Of a stretch of DNA of 64,000 nt, positions 13,006-26,964 are shown piece by piece (the first letter of the stretch is position 1; each line of letters opens with the position of its first letter). A program made the translations under genes and the position numbers. The notes below the pieces were generated by a model that made no database searches, was not told the DNA's origin, and saw only the letters and a list, made by a program, of their open reading frames with translations. Source of the DNA: Antedon mediterranea (Eukaryota; Animalia; Echinodermata); contig NC_092670.1 of the NCBI RefSeq assembly GCF_964355755.1, forward strand, positions 3,276,201-3,340,200. The letters run 5' to 3'.

Positions 13006-13244
13006 AGTACAGCATCATAATGTTGAATGAAGACAGGCCGATTTTCTTTAAAAAATACTATTTTGATAGATTTAATATACATTTATAAAAATGTATTGAT
13101 TTGCGATGAATGGAACATTCCAATCTCTGTTCCACAAGTGTCTATTCCCTCAGGCGTCGTAAAGGCAAGTACAGGTACTGTATACTCATAACAGAAATTC
13201 GATCCATTTTTTTTCCCAATCTGTGCTGCAGAGGTTGGATATAA

Positions 13245-14113
13245 TTTTTTTTTAAACGGATAATGAGCTAGCATTTTCACTCGCCGTATATTATGTACAC
13301 ATCTTTATTATTGCAGTTAAACCACCCACATCATCACCCTTCCCTCACTGGCATGAGTAGCGTTGTAAAACCAGTAGAGGATAGGCCTACGGTACATCAC
13401 ATGCCCTAAACGCAGAACAACTTTGGTGGGTAGGGTAGGAACCAACTTAAGTATGAATTGGCTCTAAGAAACAATTGAAAACCATTAGGCCTATACTAAT
13501 TAAGTTGAGTTAGATAATTTAATATTTATTGACGATTAAATCGAATTTATGATTTTCCCCGAATAGAGGTGGTTTTCACAAATCGTTCTACATTATATAA
13601 ACATATACACGTCGTAGTGATGTATCGTTACATGTACTGTACTATTTCAATCGACTAGGACGGTGATAGTTCCAACAAAGTATTACATCGCAATGGTTTA
13701 CTGTGTTTAGTGGTATATTATTTGTAAAACATGAAAAAATTAATATTTCGTTACTAAATGGATAAAGAATATATTTAAAAATGTTTCCTCTTTGCACCCA
13801 TCCTCTTCCCCATTCCTCAACCCTAATGTTACATACAAAACACAAATTAAGTTTGTTTAAATTTGACTTAAACATATTGGTCTCATTTTGTGACAAGTTT
13901 CTCTTTCGGAAGTAATTCCCAGGGTGCTAATTTTAGTTCAGTACATACATCACAGTGTCTATTTATTCGTTCCTGTAAACGACATGTATTATTGTCCTGC
14001 GGTACGTACATTTGAAATCGCCAGTTTTTTAACGCTGAAATTATTATGTATTCGAGAACCATCTGTGGGCACGACCTAGATGGTACGCGAGCGAAGCGAG
14101 CGTACCATCTAGT
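13245..14113 (+). mobile_element. Non-autonomous Helitron/Helentron-like element
   Basis: Ends in the hairpin ctagatggtacgcgagcgaagcgagcgtaccatctag-t with no TSD. Near-identical inverted copy at 17647-18520. Confidence 0.65.
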
Positions 14114-14811
14114 TATAGGAATTACAACAAATCCTTTACTGTTTGTAATTGTACTTTTGCTTATAATAATGCTAGAAAATATTGTTGACCCTTGAGGACG
14201 ATCAAACATTAATAGGGAAGTCGAACTCAACAGTTTTTTTAAGAATGCTAGAAGTAACTTACCGTATTTATCCAAATAAATACCCCAGGCATTTATTGTT
14301 CAGAGGGGTGTTTAGGGGGAGGGGTGTTTATTCAGTGGAGGTGTAATATGGTAACATGTATAATCAAATAAATACACCCTAGATATAAAAAAATACAACA
14401 CAATTAATATCGTAATAAGAATAACTGGATTAAACCTCCTTCATCTGGGTGCAAGTACAATCATGATATTAAAAAGGTCGGAGACAACTATAATAGACCA
14501 ATTCATTGTCATCATTGTGTATGACACTGTTGTATAATATTTTTGAATGTCACCGAAAAATTATACATATACATGGCTGTTCCCAGTGTACATAACACCT
14601 ATATATGTATAAGCAACTGATTTACCATATGTTAACTATAACCATGCTTACAATATTTATTGTAGATTTGATCGATCAGAGGTATAATAATCAGGAGTTG
14701 TTATCACGAGTTGATGCTGTGTCATACTGTACGTTTGGTGTTGTATAACTTGAGGTACTGTTATATTGTGATTGTTTGATGTTGGATTGGTGTTGTGAAT
14801 TATTTATTGTA

Positions 14812-15600
14812 AGGGCCCGTTTCTGCTGCCAAAAATATACCATATATATACGGTATATTTTATATACGGTATATTTTTTGGCAGCAGAAACGGGTCTCAT
14901 AAAAAATATTCCGTATTATATGCGGTATATAGACCGCATAAATATCCCTATCGTTTGTGGATATTATACGATATATTCCAAAATATACCGTATATTTCGT
15001 ACCCCGTTTCTGCTGCACTCAAAATATATATGACCCGGCCCATGGCACGAGGTCAAAAACTAACAGAACGTGACGCGTTTGTTTGGTTTTTCTGCTGCAT
15101 TGACACACATGTGTATAAGCAAGCAACAGATCAAAATGTCACTCTGTGGACTGGAGAAATAACTATTTTTGCAATTCAATTGTGGGGAGCAGCGAAGGTT
15201 GGGTGAGACTGCATGACAACAGAAGAGGTCGTCTTCTAGCCCTAGCGACTTTTCTTCTAGCCCTCCTGTCATCATCATCATCATCATCGTCGATGAAGTT
15301 GGATGTTCCGAGAAGAACAGCAGCCAAAGTTATCAGCAAACGCTGTCGTCTTCTTTGCATAAATCTAGTCAATGCCCATTCTACATTTCTAGATTGTGCT
15401 TGTATGTGCGGTGTAAATTCGTTGCCACTTCTGCTCATTAGATTTAAAATAGAAAGCAATGCTAGGATGTTTTGAGAAACCATCATTGTTTTGTTTTTGT
15501 CAGGTATAAACTTCACTACACGAGACTCTAGGTCAATTTTCCCATGCATGTATTTATTATTGCTGTTTCAAAAAATATTTCCAACAATGCATCCATAAAC
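14812..15600. mobile_element. Probable Harbinger-like DNA transposon remnant
   Basis: Starts with hairpin gggcccgtttctgctgcc...ggcagcagaaacgggtc and short subterminal repeats. Minus-strand LLITLAAVLL..DDDDDDDD is reminiscent of a Harbinger nuclease N-terminus. Confidence 0.35.
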
Positions 15601-16640
15601 AATATAATAATTATCAGTATCAGAAACCAGTTATTAGTTAATAATTTTTTTTTTGTCCTACCTCTTTATTGTCGCATAATTTATTTTTAACACAGTTAAA
15701 TGACGTAATAAATGAATTAATATTATTAATTAATTGTTTCTTAATATTGTTAAATGATTTTTTTTATTGTTATATTTCTTCTGTTTGTTGTTTAGTTTAA
15801 TGTACTGTTTAGGCATTCTGAATTATTGTAAACTCTTCATTTCATTCAACCTTTGGTTGTTTTTGAGTATTTTATACCAACCAGTCATATAAAAAAAACA
15901 TTAAAATAAAATAATAATATCAGTCTCCCTGATCTTACTCTATGTTGTAAAATAGTTAATAGTAAGATAGTTAATAGTTTTTTGTATTGAATTGTACAGT
16001 ATAGACGGCATTATAGAGGGTGACAAACACAATTTGTAATCCATCGGAAGGTAGTGTCGAACAGAAAATAAATTTATCCCAAATCTGAAAGAAATAAAGA
16101 TGTTCACGGCCGACCATATCCTGTTGACTTTTGGTGTAAAAAAAATTAAGAAAATCTTCTAAAACCGTATAAAGTATGAAAGTGTCATTATTATTTCTTG
16201 CCATTTAAATTCTGCTCCCATAACGGAAATATTTCATACCTGCCGACTGCAGCATAATGATAGTGTGCAGTGTTTAAATGCCATGATAAGAGGCAACATG
16301 GACAAAATTGTTCTAATTATTTTGTAAATGTTGTTTTGTGTTTTAGTCTGTAATGTAAGAATTTATATTGTAAGTTATAAAGTTTGTGGTTTTTGTAGAT
16401 TATTATTGACTCTTTTTATGTAAGTCAGTGAGCAAGCGTTGTAAATGCAGATTAAAAAAATTAGGCTTCTGCTATCTCCGAGAGTAACATAATGTAGGCT
16501 TACTTATGTAAAATAGTAACCAATGCTTTTACATTTTTAAGCTTCCTATTACAGTATCATTGTTCATGTGGTCAAGTTAAACATATCAAAAAGGACTTTA
16601 TTTCAATATATTGAAAGTTTTAATAACTGAAGCAACTAAC

Positions 16641-16703
16641 CAATTTCTGATTTAGCCGTTTTTCGTCTTCCTTGTTCTTCATTGCTACTGGTTGCCACTT
16701 GCC
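16641..16703 (-). CDS. 63-nt linker micro-exon (GQVATSSNEEQGRRKTAKSEI)
   Basis: ttaaacag acceptor and G/gttagt donor, phase 1-1, open frame, purine-rich, in unique non-TE sequence. Composition resembles the 42-nt exon. Confidence 0.65.
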
Positions 16704-17646
16704 CTGTTTAATAAATCACAGGACAAAATCTAAATTTACAATGATATTCTATACCTCTTTAAAAATATTACTGGGAGCATTAATTCTACATGAATACAGG
16801 AAAAGGCACTCTCATGTAGCATGCTACCAATAAGAAAAACGATCATACTTTTTCCCTCCAATAAACACAAGAACGATAACATTTTTTTCGCCGATTTCAA
16901 TCACTCAGTATTTTGTTTTGATTGCATTGCATTCAAGTTTGTACTGTACAATCATTGGTCTAGTCTAGTGGGTAGATAAAGAAACATAGAGATATGGTTC
17001 GGCAAAAAAAAATGGTAAAAAATTTGTTATGATATTCTTTTTAATCAGATCAAATGTATAGTGCTGCATAGGGAATAATTAATATCCCAAAAAAAGTTAG
17101 TTGAAAGTGTAATACAGAATCTCCTTAAATACAGCTGAATATACTCTGACAAAAATTTGAAGCTCAGTTGTTAAATTGGTCGAAAATAACAAAATAAATT
17201 GGATTAGCTTGTCAAAAGTTCAAATGCAATGACATTATAAATAGACAATATAGTAGACAATTATCTGACAAAATTAAAGAGGAACACATTTCACAACCTT
17301 TCCTTCAAAAGGGGCCCTAAGCCTAGTTATTCACGCTTCGCTCGCATAGAAGCCCCCCTCAACCCCCGGTTTGGGAATTTAGCCCCTCTGATGCGATGAC
17401 TGTGTGCAAATCCATTCTTTCAATTTTAAAAATGAAGTTGCCTTTAAAGTTTAATATGCCTATATTTATCGGGTAAATTGTAGCATAGAAAATATACGCG
17501 TAAAACGAGGTACAGTATATCATAATTGCAGAGGAATAGGCTGGTTACTAACTGGGGGTGCGAAACTAACACCCTTGGTCTGATCTGTAAGAAAATCTTG
17601 AAAAATAAAGCTGCTAGGTCCTCATAAATTAGTATAAATTGCAATT

Positions 17647-18520
17647 ACTAGATGGTACGCTCGCTTCGCTCGCGTACCATCTAGGTCGTGCCCAGAGATG
17701 GTTCTCGAATACATAATAATTTCAGCGTTAAAAAACTGGCGATTTCAAATGTACGTACCGCAGGACAATAATACATGTCGTTTACAGGAACGAATAAATA
17801 GACACTGTGATTTATGTACTGAACTAAAATTAGCACCCTGTGAATTACTTCCGAAAGAGAAACTTGTCAAAAAATGAGACCAATTGTTTAAGTCAAATTT
17901 AAACAAACTTAATTTGTGTTTTGTATGTAACATTAGGGTTGAGGGATGGGAAAGAGGATGGGTGCAAAGAGGAACAATTTTTAAATATATTCTTTATCCA
18001 TGTAGTAACGAAATATTAATTGTTTTCATGTTTTACAAATAATATACCACTAAACACAGTAAAACATTGCGATGTAATACTTTGTTGAAACTATCACCGT
18101 CCTAGTCGATTGAAATAGTATAGTACATGTAACGATACATCACTACGACGTGTATAATATGTTTATATAATGTAAAACAATTTGTGAAAACCACCCCTAT
18201 TCGTGGCAAATCATTAATTCGATTTAATCGTCAATAAATATTAAATTATCTAACTCAACTTAATTAGTAGGCCTAATGGTTTTCAATTGTTTCTTAGAGC
18301 CAATTCATACTTAAGTTGGTTCCTAACCCTACCCACCAAAGTTGTTCTGCGTTTAGGGCATGTGATGCACCGTAGGCCTATCCTCTACTGACTTTACAAC
18401 GCTACTCATGCCAGTGAGGGAAGGGTGATGATGTCACGTGGGTGGTTTAACTGCAATAATAAAGATTTGTACATAATATACGGCGACTGAAAACGCTAGC
18501 TCATTATCCGTTAAAAAAAA
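17647..18520 (-). mobile_element. Non-autonomous Helitron/Helentron-like element, inverted copy
   Basis: Reverse complement of 13245-14113 including the terminal hairpin. Confidence 0.65.
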
Positions 18521-19368
18521 TCTATATATGCTGCAAAGAAAAAAATTGCGACAGAATTCTGGAGCGCGTGTGAAAAAAGACTTACGTCCGACAATTGTAA
18601 TACTAGGCCTAAAATTAAACTTTAGCTAATATGCTTAGCCCTAACCTAGATAAGAGGCCTATGTAGAAAATAATTTAATCAATTTTGATAAAATAATAAT
18701 TGATGTAATATTTAATAATGATACACTATTCCTGTTTTAGTAAGCTAGGTATATTACGAACGATTTTTATTTATTGTTGTCCATCCATGTACGTACTAAT
18801 AAACCTGGCGCTAGTTTCCTTCGCTTGTATTTTTACTCCAAATTTGTGTGAATACCACACCTTAGAAGTATACCTCATGAGTACTTTAATGAAAGAATCA
18901 CATAAAAAGTAACAAATAAATCCTTAAATTAATGATTTTACAGGCTTGTTTCTCGCACACTGTTCGCGAATTTCACTTATTCAATGTTCAATATTTTTGT
19001 TTCTATGGAGCGCCAAAAGAGCAACGATAATAGAGGACTAAAACTCAGTGGAATGCGTCAATTTCTCATGCATTTATTGGTGAAAAACACGTTTTATTTC
19101 AATATATTTGTTAATTTGTCAATAAAAATGTTGTAATATGTTACTGCTGATACTGTTCTGTTTTCAAAGAATAATAATCGATCCTAAATCAACATCACTA
19201 CCTAGTCTAGACCTAGGACATCCTACTAAGGATATTATGATGATTTTTTCTATTTTATTCTTTAAAAGGTTAACGAAACCGTGTACATTATCAACAGTAA
19301 CATTTTTCCTTACTGACAGTGACAAAATCTATTGAAATTGTACTAGATTTTCACCAAATAATGCGTAT

Positions 19369-20192
19369 GGGATATGACCGGTTGGGCCGCCGACAAGTTG
19401 AGCCGCCGGTAATTTCTATGAAACGCCCAGTGCGTCTTTTACGACATTTCGCGTAGTGATAGAGGGGTGTCCTAGTACATAAGTTCATGGTCTTTAGGTT
19501 TATTGTGTCATGAAAATAAATAATAATTACATACTACAATTTTGTTGGTTTGAACAGCCATAACAACACAGCAAAGGAAAGTAGTCATATTTAATAATTT
19601 AATTGTTTTTAATCTTTCAAATCTTTCAAATTCTTTCAAGTGCAGTGCACTCCATAATATTTTTCTCGCGTAAAATCATGTTGTCTCTCAGGACTAAGAG
19701 TATTGATACTCTTCGAATGAGGTTAAATAATAATTATTTTTTATCTACTATCTTTTAATATCATATTTTATTGAATTTTACAATGTTAATACACAAAATA
19801 TTTTACTAAAAAACGGTAATTTTATGCAATTATTTTACCGAAAAATGGAGTAGGCCTAGTTCATACAACTGCCGCCTAAGGGGGCAACATGTTTACGTCA
19901 TTTTTGGCTAAAAACGATCATTTTCGGTCATGTTTTAGGCCTTATATTTTGGAATCATCTACAAGTCAGATATTCATAATTATTTCTCTTTAATTATAAT
20001 ATTTAATAATATATACTAAAAACCGTGATATATAAACTTTGGAATATACATCGTTATATCTAATAATTAATATAAATAGAACTTCTATTAAATAGAAACG
20101 AGCACCGGCGAAAGTAAGCATTTGGCGTTTCATAGAAAATAACGTTTTCTGGCGGCGGCTCAACTTGTCGGCGGCTCAACTTGGCCTAATCC
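19369..20192. mobile_element. MITE with GG..CC termini and 8-bp TSD (Merlin-like), copy 1
   Basis: TIR gggatatgaccggttgggccgccgacaagttgagccgcc. TSD atgcgtat at 19361-19368 and 20193-20200. Second copy at 40569-41365. Confidence 0.8.
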
Positions 20193-20638
20193 ATGCGTAT
20201 AGCGTTCCCATTGAACTGAGGTAGTGAGGGCGCTAGGCTGGTTGTCTTGGAGAAGTATCATGGCGGCCTTCATGTATGCAGCGTGGTTGTGCCTTGCCCT
20301 TTAGTCAAGTTTGTTAAAGATATTATTTAGAAATTGTAGATTCGTAAAGGTTTTCTATTGAGCCACAAAACTTCGGTGAGCTTTGGAGTTATAATTATAT
20401 TATCTTGTTATTGAATGTTAATGTTATTAGTTGAATTTTGTAAGCCTAGCTAAAGTAATACTAATAGCCCTAAATTACAGCCTACGACGGCGTGTTACTG
20501 TTGTGTACAGTACTGTGTTTTGCTAGTGCAGAGATTAGGGCCTAGTTGTGACGGGTCCATTTGATTATTGTATGTTTGTTTGAATAATAATACTGTATAA
20601 GGAAATTGCTATACTTAATGTATATTGTATTGATAAGG

Positions 20639-23600
20639 GATCAACTGCCGTTTTGGAGTTTTCTTTAGGGTTATTCCATTATTAAAGTGGGGGTGTGTGG
20701 TTATGAATATTGTGTGCAGGTACGTCAATAGAAATGACATTGAGAGCCCTCTTCTGTCAGTTGACTGGTTCCCGGTCTACCGCCTTGTAATTGACTTAAT
20801 CATGATCGAATTCCAACAACTTAAGAATAATACAAAATGTTTACATAATTATATAACAATGTAGATCTATCTAATAATGTTTTTATTTTTTTGCAGATAA
20901 AGGAGGATCATCAATAAAATAAAATGATAAAAATTCCAGGCATTTAATATACGGTTTACTGATAAAATATAATGTACCAATGAAATAAACCTGGTGTTCT
21001 GAAACATATTTTAATAACTTTTGTCGGCCTAGCGCCTATGTGTATCTAAATCTATCTAAATAATTAAGTTAGTACAGTATTAACAAATAAAGGGTTAGGG
21101 TTATGTATAATAAAACGATAGAAATGAGGCATTATCTAATAATGTTTTTATTGATTTTTTTTTCAAATTTTTATAGTTTTAAAATTCAAGTACCGTTTTT
21201 ATAGCGTTATGTATCCTGTAAATGCTAACCTAAAAACGTTATCTGAATGTTTCTTTTTACGTTATAGAAATGTAATAAAATAACGGTTATTAGTGAACCT
21301 AAACATTAACCAAACACTAACATTAGAAAACCACTATGTGATTGCTGGACTGCCACAATGGAACAATAGACCTAGGTATGTTAAACAAAGAAATCACTTC
21401 AAAGCAGGGTGGAGACGGAATTTTAAGACAAAGGCGTTCTATACAAATGCAAATCTGGTGGTGGAATACAACATGATCAATGCTGACAGAAATTCACGTA
21501 AACTCTGCAGTAAAAAAAATGTAGAAACATTATTTGCGTATTAAATCACTATATAAAATGTTCAGCTTGTTTAATTAATATACTGTACAATAATAACCGT
21601 ACTATGATTTTCTTTTTTAACCTGTTTTGAACGTCTCTTTTATCTACTACAAGGAATAATTTCGCCAGTGTGGCATAGCAAAAAGCTATACAAAACAACC
21701 TTATTGCTACACATTTCGAAAATTGTGTAGCAAAAAATACAATACAAAACTATGTTTCTCGACTAAATCAGTTTGATTAGCAATTTTGCTAAAATTTTGA
21801 AATGAAATTTTTCACTGTATCACAGACTCCCACTTGTAATTTTAATGCTAGTCGATATATGATTTCTATACTGTACTTACTGTTTATTACAGCTCATACA
21901 TAGTTGCTATTCTCTTGAGGCTCAAGACGACCAAATAGACAGTTTGATATCCAATAACTAGAATTTAATTCGTCACTTTGACGAATTATAGGTGATCATT
22001 TTTATCATTTTATTGACATTCATATTTTTTAAACATGCACCTACGTTAACATACAATCGGAAAATGTTGATGTATGCCATCCTATTATACGCTTATAGTG
22101 CTGAGTTGTGCCTATTATATGCCATATACAATATGTACAGTATATACTGTACTGTGTATATCTATATACAGTGTAGCATAGGTGAAATTACGGGACCCAC
22201 ATCATGTTCTAATTTTTTGGTATGATGACGTTGTCAAAATAAACTTGAAGATAACAATATCGAAAGATAATGAATTGAGTAATAAAATATAACAATTGGA
22301 AGAAAATTTGGCACGTAGAAGGGCGGTGCGCGCTATTTAAAAATTGTATAACTTTTACGAAAGCGATGAAAAAAATACTTTTTAACTTCAACTGGCCATA
22401 CGGTAACGTCACAACATCCAATAGGCTTAATTTTTATATGAATTAATATAAGCTTCGCTTGACGACGTTACACAAATGTCAAAATGTTAACATAGTTCAC
22501 AAAATGTTATGTTTGCAAGTTTCAGAGAAAAGCGTTGCACAAAAATCATACAGAAAGAAAGAAGAGAAATAAAAAGTTGATGTTGATTATGATTTCGTAC
22601 AATCACAAGAGGTTATCAGCAACTTCGTTGCGGATAACCAATAAAGATTTGATACAATAACAATAGGTGTATCATTTTATTCTAAATGATCACCTAATTA
22701 TGAATATTAAATTCCTGCTTCCAGACGACGTCACACTTGGGTTTAATCAGACCTTAAAAAACCTAGTATTTGATTTTCTCTACCAAAATGATTATATATT
22801 GTACCGTTACTACTGTATTATTCCAACACGTAATTGCTATTCTCTCTCTCTCTCTCTTTTATTTCTAGGCGTTTTTTAAAGATAAATCAGTCCTTAAAAA
22901 CCTACCTATTTTGGTTTGAAATAATCATAACCTATTGTACCGTTATGTTGATTTGTTAAACAGTACAGTACATACAATTTCATTAAATTCAATCTTCAAT
23001 TTGAATGAAAAAGCTAAACGGTAGTGTTTCAAATTTTGAGTTTAAAAAAAAATGGTTGGGAAGAATAAATATTAATAAAATATATGTAATCAGGTTAAGA
23101 AACAAAAACCGCTGTAGCATAGTTTTACTTTTTTTTTATCGCTGCACAAAGGTGTCTCATTGAAGCTTACAATATTACATAATAAAGCATAACAATATCA
23201 CTCATGCCGACATGGAGCTATGTATACAAACTAAAATATGGCACATGTTATAAACCAAGATCAGTTGTCTTCAAATCACTCATTTTTCGAAAAACTTTCA
23301 ACTATATTATAGGCCTACAACTCCGATATTTTACTGCGTTCTCGATTTGATTTTACTGCGATTTAAACCAAGGACCAGTGGTGGCGCCAGCGGGGGGGCT
23401 ACGGGGGCTCTAGCCCCCTCGTCGGGGAGCCTAGCCCCCCCGTCGGGGAACACGGGTACTTTTTGTCGGGGAATATAATATACAGTAAAAAACGTTCGCG
23501 TTCACTTCATATAGCTTCAGCGCCTAGAAAACCACGACGTTCCATTGACCGTGAGAGTACGTCAGAGGGCTATTATGCACTTTTATGCATTCATTATTGC

Positions 23601-26600
23601 CAGAGATCTAACTACTAAACAATAGCTAGTACGCACTTGTTTGGCGGTATCCCTTTGTACGAATCGTTCACCGTTGGGTCGAGACGCGTGATATCATGTT
23701 CCATCCAGGGACCAAAATGTGTAATGTAGTTATTTTCCAGGCGAAGTTTACCAACGGTTACCGAAGGGAACACGGGTACTTTTTGTCGGGGAATATAATA
23801 TACAGTAAAAACGTTCGCGTTCACTTGGTAGCTTCAGCGCCTAGAAAACCGCGACGTCTCATTGACCGTGAGAGTACGTCAGAGTGCTATTATGCAATTT
23901 ATATGCATTCATTATTGCCAGCGATCTAACTTACTACTAAACATTAGCTAGGTACGCACTTGTCTGGCGGTATCCCTTTGTACGAATCGTTCAACTTTGG
24001 GTCGAGACGGGTGATATCAAGTTCCATCCAGGGACCAAAATGTGTAATGTAGTTATTTTCCAGGCGAAGTTTACCGACGGTTCGGGTACTTTTTGTCGGG
24101 GAATATAATTCGTTCGCGTTCACTTCGTAGCTTCAGCGCCTAGAAAACCTCGACGTTTCATTGACCGTGAGAGTACGTCAGAGTGATATTATGCACTTTA
24201 TATGCATTCATTATCGCCAGCGATCTAACTTACTACTAAACAATAGCTATAGGTACGCACTTGTCTGGCGGTATCCCTTTGTACGAATCGTTCAACGTTG
24301 GGTCGTGATATCATGTTCCATCCAGGGACCAAAATGTGTACTGTAGTTATTTTCCAGGCGAAGTTTACCGACGGTTACGTCGTGTACTGTGTCGACGTAC
24401 GCTACACTACAGCAAAAACGAATTATGTTAATTGTTCGTATGTTCACCAATTTTTTAATTTACAAGTAACCTTCTGTACCGTGGGGCACCTAAAATAAAT
24501 ATTTCATCCATTACTAAACAAAAAAACATGCCATTTTCGCTTAGCCAACATCTTATTATAGCTAAGTTATTAAATTTTCAATGTCCTGTATGTCATGAAT
24601 TTCTCGCCACTCGGAAGTCCAGATGGTAAGTACGCAGGCATACACTTGGGAGGAATAAACTTATTTCCCCTCTGAAAAGGTCTACGCTTGCGTTTTTTAA
24701 GCCTCTGGGCCTGATGTTTCCAAAGTATAAAATGCAGCTTTAGTTTTAAACATTTTCTTAGCTCAGCCCCAACAATAAAGCTGGTCATATTTCGAAGTAC
24801 AAGAAGTGCATTTTCCGGGACCTAACATCATCTCTATTTTTCAAACATTTATTAGCTCAGTCACAACCATGATAGGGACTTATATATTTTGTTTCATGTT
24901 TTGAAGTATAATAAGTCCAATTTCCAGGACCTCCAACTCTATTTTTCTAAATTTTCGTTGAACTTTTATTTTTTAAATTGAAAAATATGGATTGAAACAG
25001 TCATCGCGCACCGTTTTTTTGCACGCAGTATTTTATTTATGCATTATAAAAAATGGAAAAATATGGCTACCCTAAATCTGATTAAAATGACCTCAAATGA
25101 CGCTAGAACACGTTGCTTCCGGGGGCTTCGCCCCCTGGACCCCCACCGGGGCCCTTGGCGGCCCCCTGGCCCACAGCCTTGTGATGCTCGCTTCGCTCGC
25201 ATAGCCCCCTCGTCGGGGAATGTAGCCCCCGCGTCGGGAAGATCCTGGCGCCACCCCTGCCAAGGACCATGCTGCCGAAGATAGGACCACATTTGTTTAA
25301 TGGATTTGATGACTACCTGGACTTTTTCCAACGAAGGGGTTTTTATCCAACTGCCAAGGATTGCTCGTACTGTAATGTACCAATGTACATGTCTACTCGT
25401 AACCGTAAGTGTTCTCATCATTAATTATTATAATTACATTTAAAAAACGTAATTTAAATATTTATAACCTGTACCATTATATGTATACTTATGTCTTTAT
25501 TATAACCTGCATTTTATGTGCAATTATTTAGTAATTTTATGTACCATTTATTAAGTTACTGTAATGTAAGTTAAGTAATTAATTAATTGTAAGTAAATAA
25601 TGATGTAATTTAATAAAAAATATTTATATTATTCAAATGAATTTCTAAATAAAAATACATTGTCAATTTAATTTTGTTGTTGTTATGTTTGGTTTATTTT
25701 TGGCTATCCTATGTATTATGATAATTTTGCTATTCTATGTATTAGAATATTTATATATAACAGCATATCAAAATCTTTTAATAAAGAAACTAAACAAAAT
25801 TTGTAAAAAGTATACATGAATGATTTGCATTTGTATAGAACGCCTTTGTCTTAAAATTCCGTCTCCACCCTGCTTTGACGCGATTTCTTTGTTTAACATA
25901 CCTAGGTCTATTGTTCCATTGTGGCAGTCCAGCAAACACATAGTGGTTTTCTAATGTTAGTGTTTGGTTAATGTTTAGGTTCACTATAACCGTTATTTTA
26001 TTACATTTCTATAACGTAAAAAAAAACCATTCAGATAACGTTTTTAGGTTAGCATTTACAGGATACATAACGCTATAAAAACGGTACTTGAATTTTAAAA
26101 CTATAAAAATCAGAAAAAAAAATCAATAAAAACATTATTAGATAATGCCTCATTTCTATCGTTTTATTATACATAACCCTAACCCTTTATTTGTTAATAC
26201 TGTACTAACTTAATTATTTAGATAGATTTAGATACACAAAGGCGCTAGGCCGGCAAAAGTTATTAAAATATGTTTCAGAACACCAGGTTTATTTCATTGG
26301 TACATTATATTTTATCAGTAAACCGTATATTAAATGCCTGGAATTTTTATCATTTTATTTTATTGATGATTCTCCTTTATCTGCAAAAAAATAAAAACAT
26401 TATTAGATAGATCTACATTGTTATATAATTATGTAAACATTTTGTATTATTCTTAAGTTGTTGGAATTCGATCATGATTAAGTCAATTACAAGGCGGTAG
26501 ACCGGGAACCAGTCAACTGACAGAAGAGGGCTCTCAATGTCATTTCTATTGACGTACCTGCACACAATATTCATAACCACACACCCCCACTTTAATAATG

Positions 26601-26653
26601 GAATAACCCTAAAAAAAACTCCGGAGCCAAAACGGCAGTTGATCCAATATCCC
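20639..26653. mobile_element. 6-kb non-autonomous foldback-type DNA transposon with TIRs of about 815 bp, inside the BEL 5' LTR
   Basis: 20639-21455 is the near-exact reverse complement of 25822-26653, giving mirrored ORFs 21293+ and 25790-. 8-bp TSD tgataagg, single-copy in the 3' LTR. The left tip lacks about 9 nt. Confidence 0.88.
23376..25259. mobile_element. Non-autonomous hAT-like element with an internal tandem triplication of about 320 bp
   Basis: TIR cagtggtggcgccag / ctggcgccacccctg, 8-bp TSD ccaaggac. Repeat units start near 23446, 23766 and 24084. Confidence 0.85.
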
Positions 26654-26964
26654 TGATAAGGACTTAGAATTATTAATTTGTTGATGTTGCTAAAGCACCG
26701 GTGCTGCCCAAATTTTCATTGATTGATGTTTAATTATTGTTTTCTCGTATTTAGTGAATCCCTCCCTCGAGATACGAAGTGACAGCGATATTGTATGCAT
26801 GTTAAGAGCAAGATAATCAGGATTAAAGTTATATTTTGTTTCTCTCAACCAAGTTTGTCCTGTTTGTTTGTATCATACTTGCGATTGATTCCGTTGGTGG
26901 CGCTCTATAGTTTTAAGAAATTACGAACTCTACATCATTCACGAAGTTTTCCTGACACTTTAAG

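Noticed and set aside
25039-25421. GC-rich overlapping ORFs
   Set aside because: They fall on the GC-rich subterminal region of the hAT-like MITE; spurious.
21293-25984. Two similar ORFs MNLNINQTLTLENHY on opposite strands as a gene pair
   Set aside because: They are mirror images within the TIRs of the foldback element, have non-ATG starts and show no recognisable domain.
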